Assembly (NCBI RefSeq): GCF_022045235.1
Contig: NW_027266330.1
Coordinates: 31,744,001-31,808,000, forward strand
Length of the DNA stretch: 64,000 bases
DNA from: Haliotis cracherodii
Lineage: Eukaryota
Reading direction: 5' to 3'
In this document: positions 13,478 to 24,500 of the stretch, piece by piece
How the letters are laid out: the number at the start of each line of letters is the position of its first letter
Position numbering within the stretch: position 1 is the stretch's first letter
Made by a program: the position numbers and the translations under genes
Notes under the pieces: model-generated
The model's input: the letters and a program-made list of their open reading frames with translations, nothing else
Databases searched by the model: none
What the model was told of the DNA's origin: nothing

Positions 13478-15271
13478 GGGAAATCACAAGTCCCATCCAC
13501 ATCAACTAGTGCTGCATTTACCTTGTTATTCATTTTTTGTTATTGTACACAAATGTTGCCTGACAGTGTGCAAAGGGCATCCTATTATATTGTAAACCAC
13601 ATTTGTTTGTTGATGAATATGCTGAGGAAATAAATAATGAAGTCGATATTATAATCTTGATCATTTGCTGACACGCTCACGACATCTTGAAGACATCATT
13701 CGCATAGAAAGTTTGTGAGAGACAGAGAGAGAGAGAGAGAGAAAAGGTTAATTTGAGATGGTATCTCACAATACCAAGCCTTCCATCATTTTACTTGGTT
13801 CTGAGTATGGCAATCATTCGAAGATATCGTCCTTAATCTATTCTTTGAAATAGGAAAAGATACAGACTAATCAATTGAAATGAAACACATTAGGTATTGA
13901 TGGAGAAGAAGAGATTCCAAGGTAATGGTTGCACCATAACATTAAATACAGTTTGGAGCGTTGCAATTCGTTTGCCCGTATCCATGCCGATCCTATAGCA
14001 AAAGGATTTAGACAGACGAACCACAACCCCATATGATATTCATCTGAGAGGATATATGCCAGGTTGTATTTCATATTATCAGAGCATTTAATTGTTTCTC
14101 TTTCTTTTTGCAATGTACATGCCCAAGTGCTTAAGGAGAGAGTCATGCATGTTAAAAAGTGTCAATGCACACAGCATGCAAAACAAAAGGAAATTGAAAC
14201 ATTGACATCAACACAGGCCAAATAACATTTTTGATCCAAGTCAGCACTTGATGAATACTATTCCCCTGAAAGCACTAAAAAGTAAAGATCAGAATATCCT
14301 GACATGAAACAGTGGGCATCTTTCAAAAACAATGCTAACAACGTGCTTATGTTTATCTAGCAACATACTCCAATTTCCATCATGTGCTTTAACAGCATTC
14401 TGTATTCAAAGATATAAATCATGACACAGTGCTTTGTAATTCTCCCCAAAACATGACAGTTATACACTGAAGATGATGTCTCTAGATCATTTAACACACA
14501 TAAACTTTATTGTACATGCCTATTTATTTATATAGTAACCTTTTAAGTACCCGACGTCCACCCAAAAGCTTCTAAGATGGTAAATATCCAGATACTTAAG
14601 CCAAATGAGCTGCTTCAATTATACCATGATGATGGTATTCATCAAAAATAGTATTTGAAATGCTTCAAAACATACGTGCTGTATTTCGATCATGTAAGAC
14701 GGGTTGGGAAAATGCTCAGATTAACATAGCATTTACGACCTCCAACAGATGTGTACAATAAGTTCCAGATTTGACTGTACATGTATTCACTTTGCCTTTG
14801 CCTACCTGATTAAGGATTTTTTAGGATTGTGGACATGGTTTTCTCGGCTTTTTTAATTGAAACTAAACGTTCAGAGAAGCATGCATCAGACGATTTCCAA
14901 GCTGATAGAAGTTTCTGTGACTTGGTTTCTGTGGAAGCGAAAGTAACCACATCGGATTTTTAAGTAATACAATGTACTGCACCGTTTGATCAATCCCGAT
15001 TTAATCAATTAACAATGATTGATAATCCCTGGAGATAACAGGACTAGATTGGTTGAACTCTTCTCAGACCTGTCCCTTTATACGGAAACTTGTTTTGACA
15101 AGAAGTTGATTGGTTTCTCAAGTGGACAGTGAGATTCCTTTCGGATCAAAGCCGAATGAAGTTGCAGTGTAGCTTTGATCTCGCCACTGGCTTCGAAAAT
15201 GCTCTCTTTGATCTATAAATCTCTACTACTATGTTTATACTAAGGGTAAGTATAAATGTTTTGCAAGGACT

Positions 15272-16186
15272 ACAAGCCCTCCAAAACAAAAATACCAAAA
15301 ACCGACCTAAATTAATAAATCAAATACTTAAAAGCTCCAACGACCTAACAAAAGCAGGCAAACAAATAACCTTCTTGTGGATACCCGCCCACGTAGGAAT
15401 ATACGGTAATGAAAACGCCGATAAAGCAGCTAAACTATCCCTTAAAATCCCAGAAATAAGCTTAAACTTACCCATCTCAAAATCAGAAATTAAAAGTGTA
15501 AACAAACAAAAAATCACAAAAAAATGGCATAACCTATATCTAAACTCAAATAGCAAAATCAAAAGAGTGCTCAGCAAACCACTAACCAAACCAAAAATTC
15601 TCCATCCATCAAAAAAAATCGACAGAGTAATCACTAAACTCCAAACAGGACACACCAACCTAAATAACCACCTAAAAAAAATTAAAAAACACACTACAGG
15701 TAACTGCCCACACTGCAAACAACCAGAAACCCCAGAACACGCACTCATCCACTGCACACACTACCTAACACATCGAACCGCATTACAAACCACCCTCAAT
15801 CTAAACAAGGCTCTCACTCTAGAAGCAATACTAAACCCACAAAATAAACTAGAAAACTTCAAGGCCTTAGGCGTATTCTTAATAAAAACGGAACTAATAA
15901 AACGCATCTAAAACCATAATAACCTACCAAATCAAAATCACATAAACAAACAATCATCCACCATACCCAGCTCCCTTAGTTCTCCTCCCCAACCCCATCA
16001 GCATCTATTCCAAATCTCAAAATTCCCAAATTCTATATAAGCAACCCCTAAAGCCCCCTCTTGGGTTGCACAGACCACCCTCGCCCCTTTCGGAAACACA
16101 TTAAATGGCCTGGCCGGGCCCGTGTGCGAAATACGCATCAGTCGGAAAGCGCACGTTAAATCTCCAAAGTAAGTAAGTAAGTAAGT
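15272..16186 (+). mobile_element. 5'-truncated non-LTR retrotransposon (I group, Nimb-like), insertion 1
   Basis: Encodes the end of RNase H (WIPAHVGIYGNENADKAAK) and a CCHC finger (CPHCKQPETPEHALIHC), stop at 15911. 3' UTR and (AAGT)5 tail at 16167-16186. 5' junction via GGACT microhomology; no TSD beyond at most one T. Confidence 0.93.
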
Positions 16187-16318
16187 GGAGTCCTTCACTG
16201 CATCTCAATCCGTGAGAACGAACACATCTACTTTCCAATTATCTAAATTTGGCGCTACTGAATTCCTGTAGTATTACATCCGACTGCATTCTAGTGTTGT
16301 GTCCGAAGGCCCTAGAAA

Positions 16319-16940
16319 ATGGATCCAGTTCAAGTTGCCATCAAGCTGAGACGACTCCTTATTGCCCACGACAATGCAGTGAAAGAGATCCTGACATTAG
16401 GTAAATATGAACTGTGCTCTTTTTCAGTCCCCTGCAAGCATTGCAATATCGGTATCACACTGAATTTTAGAATTGAACAAAATAAAATGATATTGTTGTG
16501 AACACATTTACCGAGATTTCTAATTACCCGTTTTATTGTTTTCAGATACCCAAGTCTACTATCTGATGCGGAAGATGACAGCCAACTCCTCCAACAACTG
16601 CATAATCCGAGGTGAACAGCTGATCCAGAGACGATGGGTGCTGGAAGGTGTCAAGGAGATGTTTACCATCTACAGACAACTCAAGTGGCAAGAGGTGCAA
16701 GCCTGTGTAAACGCCATCACCAAAGATGCTTCTGGAGAGAGTGATTCGGAGGCGGACTGGAATGCAGATACCTCTTTCAATGACGATGAAGCTTCCTTCA
16801 CGGAACTCCTGTCCGACAGCTCATATAGTGAGGACGACGAAGACCAGGGAGACCTATACAGCAACGACAGCAGCTACGATATGACGACTCTCAGTCGAGC
16901 TTTGTCTGTAGACGACAGTGCACTTCATAGAAACGCCTAA
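16319..16940 (+). CDS. Array gene copy 7 join(16319..16400,16546..16940), W99 allele; upstream region interrupted by LINE insertion 1
   Basis: ORF intact; 915-bp LINE fragment ends 132 bp upstream of the ATG. Confidence 0.75.
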
Positions 16941-17180
16941 GGGAAATCACAAGTCCCATCCACATCAACTAGTGCTGCATTTACCTTGTTATTCATTTTT
17001 TGTTATTGTACACAAATGTTGCCTGACAGTGTGCAAAGGGCATCCTATTATATTGTAAACCACATTTGTTTGTTGATGAATATGCTGAGGAAATAAATAA
17101 TGAAGTCGATATTATAATCTTGATCATTTGCTGACACGCTCACGACATCTTGAAGACATCATTCGCATAGAAAGTTTGTG

Positions 17181-17223
<43 letters not shown>

Positions 17224-18768
17224 TAATTTGAGATGGTATCTCACAATACCAAGCCTTCCATCATTTTACTTGGTTCTGAGTATGGCAATCATTCGAAGAT
17301 ATCGTCCTTAATCTATTCTTTGAAATAGGAAAAGATACAGACTAATCAATTGAAATGAAACACATTAGGTATTGATGGAGAAGAAGAGATTCCAAGGTAA
17401 TGGTTGCACCATAACATTAAATACAGTTTGGAGCGTTGCAATTCGTTTGCCCGTATCCATGCCGATCCTATAGCAAAAGGATTTAGACAGACGAACCACA
17501 ACCCCATATGATATTCATCTGAGAGAGATATATGCCAGGTTGTATTTCATATTATCAGAGCATTTAATTGTTTCTCTTTCTTTTTGCAATGTACATGCCC
17601 AAGTGCTTAAGGAGAGAGTCATGCATGTTAAAAAGTGTCAATGCACACAACATGCAAAACAAAAGGAAATTGAAACATTGACATCAACACAGGCCAAATA
17701 ACATTTTTGATCCAAGTCAGCACTTGATGAATACTATTCCCCTGAAAGCACTAAAAAGTAAAGATCAGAATATCCTGACATGAAACAGTGGGATTCTTTC
17801 AAAAACAATGCTAACAACGTGCTTATGTTTATCTAGCAACATACTCCAATTTCCATCATGTGCTTTAACAGCATTCTGTATTCAAAGATATAAATCATGA
17901 CACAGTGCTTTGTAATTCTCCCCAAAACATGACAGTTATACACTGAAGATGATGTCTCTAGATCATTTAACACACATAAACTTCATTGTACATGCCTATT
18001 TATTTATATAGTAACCTTTTAAGTACCCGACGTCCACCCAAAAGCTTCTAAGATGGTAAATATCCAGATACTTAAGCCAAATGAGCTGCTTCAATTATAC
18101 CATGATGATGGTATTCATCAAAAATAGTATTTGAAATGCTTCAAAACATACGTGCTGTATTTCGATCATGTAAGACGGGTTGGGAAAATGCTCAGATTAA
18201 CATAGCATTTACGACCTCCAACAGATGTGTACAATAAGTTCCAGATTTGACTGTACATGTATTCACTTTGCCTTTGCCTACCTGATTAAGGATTTTTTAG
18301 GATTGTGGACATGGTTTTCTCGGCTTTTTTAATTGAAACTAAACGTTCAGAGAAGCATGCATCAGACGATTTCCAAGCTGATAGAAGTTTCTGTGACTTG
18401 GTTTCTGTGGAAGCGAAAGTAACCACATCGGATTTTTAAGTAATACAATGTACTGCACCGTTTGATCAATCCCGATTTAATCAATTAACAATGATTGATA
18501 ATCCCTGGAGATAACAGGACTAGATTGGTTGAACTCTTCTCAGACCTGTCCCTTTATACGGAAACTTGTTTTGACAAGAAGTTGATCGGTTTCTCAAGTG
18601 GACAGTGAGATTCCTTTCGGATCAAAGCCGAATGAAGTTGCAGTGTAGCTTTGATCTCGCCACTGGCTTCGAAAATGCTCTCTTTGATCTATAAATCTCT
18701 ACTACTATGTTTATACTAAGGGTAAGTATAAATGTTTTGCAAGGACTGGAGTCCTTCACTGCATCTCA

Positions 18769-20764
18769 TACTTACTTACTTTGGAGATTTAACGTGCGCT
18801 TTCCGACTGACGCGTATTTCGCACACGGGCCCGGCCAGGCCATTTAATGTGTTTCCGAAAGGGGCGAGGGTGGTCTGTGCAACCCAAGAGGGGGCTTTAG
18901 GGGTTGCTTATATAGAATTTGGGAATTTTGAGATTTGGAATAGATGCCGATGGGGTTGGGGAGGAGAACTAAGGGAGCTGGGTATGGTGGATGATTGTTT
19001 GTTTTTGTGATTTTGATTTGGTAGGTTATCATGGTTTTAGATGCGTTTTATTAGTTCCGTTTTTATTAAGAATACGCCTAAGGCCTTGAAGTTTTCTAGT
19101 TTATTTTGTGGGTTTAGTATTGCTTCTAGAGTGAGAGCCTTGTTTAGATTGAGGGTGGTTTGTAATGCGGTTCGATGTGTTAGGTAGTGTGTGCAGTGGA
19201 TGAGTGCGTGTTCTGGGGTTTCTGGTTGTTTGCAGTGTGGGCAGTTACCTGTAGTGTGTTTTTTAATTTTTTTTAGGTGGTTATTTAGGTTGGTGTGTCC
19301 TGTTTGGAGTTTAGTGATTACTCTGTCGATTTTTTTGGATGGATGGAGAATTTTTGGTTTGGTTAGTGGTTTGCTGAGCACTCTTTTGATTTGGCTATTT
19401 GAGTTTAGATATAGGTTATGCCATTTTTTTGTGATTTTTTGTTTGTTTACACTTTTAATTTCTGATTTTGAGATGGGTAAGTTTAAGCTTATTTCTGGGA
19501 TTTTGAGGGATAGTTTAGCTGCTTTATCGGCGTTTTCATTACCGTATATTCCTACGTGGGCGGGTATCCACAAGAAGGTTATTTGTTTGCCTGCTTTTGT
19601 TAGGTCGTTGGAGCTTTTTAGTATTTGATTTATTAATTTAGGTCGGTTTTTGGTATTTTTGTTTTGGAGGGCTTGTAGTCCACTTAGGGAGTCAGTAAGT
19701 ATTAGGATTTTTTGGTTGTTTTTGGATTCTTGATTGTGGAGGGCTGAGGCCATGCCCATTAGTTCGGCCGTGAATATTGATTGGTTATTTGGGAGTCGGA
19801 AGGATTGTGTGGTTTTAGTTGGTTGTGTGGTATGGACTCCGAAACCCGTGTGTTTGGAGGTCGGATCTGAGGATCCGTCCGTGTAAATGTGACACCAATT
19901 TGGCCAATTTTTGTGTATGTATGCTAGTGTGGTAGTTTTAGCTATGTTTGGGTCGGTTTGTTTATTTATTTGGCTAGCTAGTGTTGTGTCTATTTTGGGT
20001 ATTTTAAGTTTAGGGGTGAAGATATTTGATTGTTTGCAGTTTTGTTTAAGATTTTTAATTTGGTGTTCATTTAGGTAGTTTGTTATTCTTTGGGATATTG
20101 GGGTAAGTAAGGGGTGTTTACGAGCTAGAGCTTGGTTTTTAGGGCTGATGTTTTGGTTTATTAAGTTTTGGATGAGAGGGTTTGATTGGGACGCGGCCCA
20201 GAAATTTAAGCTTAGCTGTTCCCTGCGTAGACTTAGTGGCATTTCTCCTGTTAAGGCCTGAAGTGAGGTGTAGGAGGTGCCATGTTGGGTGCGTGTAATG
20301 AGTTTGAGAGCCTGATATTGTATTGAGTCAAGTTTTTTAGATAGAGAGTTGTTTAGGGTGTTGTATATGGCGCAGCCGTAGTCTAGTTTTGATCTAATTA
20401 GGGATATGTAGAGAGAGAGGAGAGTATCTTTGGAGGATCCCCAGTTAGAGCCAGTTAGGCATCTTAGGGTGTTTAGGTCTTTACTGCATTTAGTTGTTAG
20501 GTTTTGGATGTGAGCATCCCAGGTGAGATGTTCATCGAAAATAAGTCCTAAGAATTTGGTTTGTTTTTGAAATTTGATTGTTTGATTGTTTAGCTGGAGG
20601 ATTGGGGAGGCGGGTTTCATGTTTTTATGTTTGAATACTATTCCTGTTGTTTTTTCTGAGTTAAGGGAGAAGCCCCATTTGTCAGCCCATTGTTGTATTT
20701 TATTAAGAGATTTTTGGAGTAGATTTTTGGCCATTTTCATGCTAAGTAAGTAAGTAAGTAAGTA
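18769..20764 (-). mobile_element. 5'-truncated non-LTR retrotransposon of the same family, insertion 2, antisense, 22-bp TSD
   Basis: TSD TGGAGTCCTTCACTGCATCTCA at 18747-18768 and 20765-20786. Minus-strand tail TACTTACTTACT at 18769-18780 and an extra plus-strand (TAAG)n run at 20743-20764. Confidence 0.95.
19037..20740 (-). pseudogene. Truncated LINE ORF2: C-terminal part of RT, RNase H, CCHC zinc finger (567 aa open)
   Basis: QWADKWGF..KFLGLIFD (distal RT/thumb), IRSKLDYG, RNase H motifs IYTDGS, FTAEL, TDSLS, WIPAHVGIYGNENAD, then CX2CX7HX4C. Begins downstream of the YADD motif, so it is not a full protein. Confidence 0.92.
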
Positions 20765-20897
20765 TGGAGTCCTTCACTGCATCTCAATCCGTGAGAACGA
20801 ACACATCTACTTTCCAATTATCTAAATTTGGCGCTACTGAATTCCTGTAGTATTACATCCGACTGCATTCTAGTGTTGTGTCCGAAGGCCCTAGAAA

Positions 20898-21519
20898 ATG
20901 GATCCAGTTCAAGTTGCCATCAAGCTGAGACGACTCCTTATTGCCCACGACAATGCAGTGAAAGAGATCCTGACATTAGGTAAATATGAACTGTGCTCTT
21001 TTTCAGTCCCCTGCAAGCATTGCAATATCAGTATCACACTGAATTTTAGAATTGAACAAAATAAAATGATATTGTTGTGAACACATTTACCGAGATTTCT
21101 AATTACCCGTTTTATTGTTTTCAGATACCCAAGTCTACTATCTGATGCGGAAGATGACAGCCAACTCCTCCAACAACTGCATAATCCGAGGTGAACAGCT
21201 GATCCAGAGACGATGGGTGCTGGAAGGTGTCAAGGAGATGTTTACCATCTACAGACAACTCAAGTGGCAAGAGGTGCAAGCCTGTGTAAACGCCATCACC
21301 AAAGATGCTTCTGGAGAGAGTGATTCGGAGGCGGACGGGAATGCAGATACCTCTTTCAATGACGATGAAGCTTCCTTCACGGAACTCTTGTCCGACAGCT
21401 CATATAGTGAGGACGACGAAGACCAGGGAGACCTATACAGCAACGACAGCAGCTACGATATGACGACTCTCAGTCGAGCTTTGTCTGTAGACGACAGTGC
21501 ACTTCATAGAAACGCCTAA
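20898..21519 (+). CDS. Array gene copy 8 join(20898..20979,21125..21519), G99 allele; upstream region interrupted by LINE insertion 2
   Basis: ORF intact; one synonymous CTG>TTG change. Confidence 0.75.
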
Positions 21520-24500
21520 GGGAAATCACAAGTCCCATCCACATCAACTAGTGCTGCATTTACCTTGTTATTCATTTTTTGTTATTGTACACAAATGTTG
21601 CCTGACAGTGTGCAAAGGGCATCCTATTATATTGTAAACCACATTTGTTTGTTGATGAATATGCTGAGGAAATAAATAATGAAGTCGATATTATAATCTT
21701 GATCATTTGCTGACACGCTCACGACATCTTGAAGACATCATTCGCATAGAAAGTTTGTGAGAGACAGAGAGAGAGAGAGAGAGAAAAGGTTAATTTGAGA
21801 TGGTATCTCACAATACCAAGCCTTCCATCATTTTACTTGGTTCTGAGTATGGCAATCATTCGAAGATATCGTCCTTAATCTATTCTTTGAAATAGGAAAA
21901 GATACAGACTAATCAATTGAAATGAAACACATTAGGTATTGATGGAGAAGAAGAGATTCCAAGGTAATGGTTGCACCATAACATTAAATACAGTTTGGAG
22001 CGTTGCAATTCGTTTGCCCGTATCCATGCCGATCCTATAGCAAAAGGATTTAGACAGACGAACCACAACCCCATATGATATTCATCTGAGAGGATATATG
22101 CCAGGTTGTATTTCATATTATCAGAGCATTTAATTGTTTCTCTTTCTTTTTGCAATGTACATGCCCAAGTGCTTAAGGAGAGAGTCATGCATGTTAAAAA
22201 GTGTCAATGCACACAGCATGCAAAACAAAAGGAAATTGAAACATTGACATCAACACAGGCCAAATAACATTTTTGATCCAAGTCAGCACTTGATGAATAC
22301 TATTCCCCTGAAAGCACTAAAAAGTAAAGATCAGAATATCCTGACATGAAACAGTGGGCATCTTTCAAAAACAATGCTAACAACGTGCTTATGTTTATCT
22401 AGCAACATACTCCAATTTCCATCATGTGCTTAAGATATAAATCATGACACAGTGCTTTGTAATTCTCCCCAAAACATGACAGTTATACACTGAAGATGAT
22501 GTCTCTAGATCATTTAACACACATAAACTTTATTGTGCATGCCTATTTTTTATTCATATAGTACCTGAAGTCCACCCAAAAGCTTCTAAGATGGTAAATA
22601 TCCAGATACTTAAGCCAAAATGAGCTGCTTCAATTATACCATGATGATGGTATTCATAAAACATAGTATTTGTAATAGGAAAAAGATACAGACTAATCAA
22701 TTGAAATGAAACACATTTTGACATTATGTATTGGTGGAGAAGAAGAGATTCCCATGTTTCATTTAATCCGAGCATTCAATTGTTTCTTGTAAATGAACAA
22801 ACGAACAAAATCGCACCTTTTGGCATTTGGTGTTAGGAAAAGGTGTTATGCTACTCCAAGTATAGTATAGTTTCGATTATGGCCAGTTCAGTCATTTCTG
22901 TTCGAAATTTAATGAAATTTGATATGCTATAAAAGCATATTGTTTCGAAGTTTCGTGTTATCCGAGGTTCGACATAACTGAAACTGATAAATAAAGAAGC
23001 AATACGCATGATTTTACTTGGTACAACGGTATGTTAGACACAACAGTGTTTTTGACAGGTACGTGTCGTTGGTGGAACGAGTGAATAAGTGAGTGAGTGA
23101 ATTTTGAACAGTATTCTTGTTACACCATGGCGTGTCAGCTGAATGCGGAGGTAAAGCCTAAAGTGGTGCAAGTTCCAGACCATAATCGGGGCAAACCGGA
23201 ATTCGAACCCACGATCATAGATTTCTGCCAATCAGTCGTTGTTTTATCCCCCTAATGCGAAGCCCCAGACAGGGTAACAACAAGTACCATCTTTTAACGT
23301 CTTTTGGTATGATGCGGACGGGGATCGAACCCCGGACCTACCGCTCTCTGGACGGACACTCTACCACTAGACCACGTTTGCAGTCTGTCTGAACATGAAT
23401 ATGTTTGCAGCGATGTAAGCGAGATCAGGCTTTTCCAATTGTACGCAGAAATTTATCAAAAGATCATATATATTAGTGGTCGGTCATTTATTATATGGTC
23501 AAAGGAAATCAGTGGAAGATCACCAAAAAATATGACAGTCTCTTGGGGAGGGTTATAAAACAATACACATACTTGGTGAGGGTCATGAAAAGTGCACATT
23601 TTATAATACAATATAAAATGCTTTTGCATTTTGTCTTTTGGGGAGGGTAATGAAACAAATGTACAAGGCCATGGGCATGGTCTTCCGAAAATATGACGAG
23701 CATTAGGTGATGGTGGGTTGAAATGGCATTTAACATCGCGTCCAAGATTATTGCACTTTATGTAGCGACGTGCATGCATGTGTGTGTGGCTGCTTGTACT
23801 AGTCCGGACTGGTGCTGATTTATAGTGCTAGCACACTTAGATACCATGCCGCAGTTTAACATGAATACCCCACTCAGACACAGCATACTGACTCCACGCC
23901 GACCAGTCGTTTTAGTTTGTTTGTTTGTTTGTTTTTAACGCTGCACTCAGAAATATTCCAGCTATATGACAGCGGTCTGTAAATAATCGAGTCTGGACCA
24001 GACAATCCAGTGATTGACATGATGAGCATCGATCCACGCAATTTGGATACGATGACATGCAGCAACCAAGTCAGCGAGCCTCACCACCCGATCCCATTAG
24101 TCGCCCCTTACGACAAGCATAGTTGCCTTTTACGCCAAACATGGGTTGCTGAAGACCTATTCTACACCAGATGTTTAGCCCCTTAATGCGGAGTGCCAGA
24201 CAGGGAAACAACAAGTACCATCTTTAAATGTCTTTTTGTATGACACGCCCGGGAATTGAACCCCGGACCTCCCGTTCTCCGGGCTGACGCTCTACCACAA
24301 GACTATGGTGGCGGTCTTGAGCATTAGGGGAGGGTCTCCATTTTCTGTGCATCAAAAACATCTGACCCTCTGTAATAAATGACCAGTCCCTTTGGCAAGA
24401 CAAATAAAACACATAAAACAACAATGATGTTGAAGCTGATGTTTTATTCTTTGGCTCATTGACTGTAAAATGTCTCCCAAATTCTACCTGCACAGAGTTA

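Larger units (their letters stand above)
1..22675 (+). repeat. Tandem macrosatellite, ~2.56-kb unit, 8 gene-bearing copies visible (probably continues off the left edge)
   Basis: ATGs at 50, 2613, 5174, 7735, 10298, 12856, 16319, 20898. Spacings are 2563, 2561, 2561, 2563, 2558, then 2548+915 (insertion) and 2561+2018 (insertion plus TSD). Units are near-identical apart from a (GA)n tract and a few SNPs/indels. Confidence 0.97.

Noticed and set aside
15231-15911. 226-aa chimeric ORF starting in the array spacer
   Set aside because: The in-frame fusion is a by-product of the GGACT microhomology junction; it lacks the N-terminal catalytic residues of RNase H, and the ATG lies upstream of the second TATA/donor.
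15272-20764. The two LINE copies as TIRs of one composite DNA transposon carrying gene copy 7
   Set aside because: Each has its own junctions (copy 2 has its own 22-bp TSD), they differ at several bases and they carry retrotransposon tails; the inverted layout is incidental.
1-22675. Array as rDNA, histone, snRNA or CRISPR repeat, or tandem LTR/Helitron
   Set aside because: No recognisable rRNA, histone, snRNA or transposase sequence, no repeat-spacer structure and no terminal repeats in the unit.
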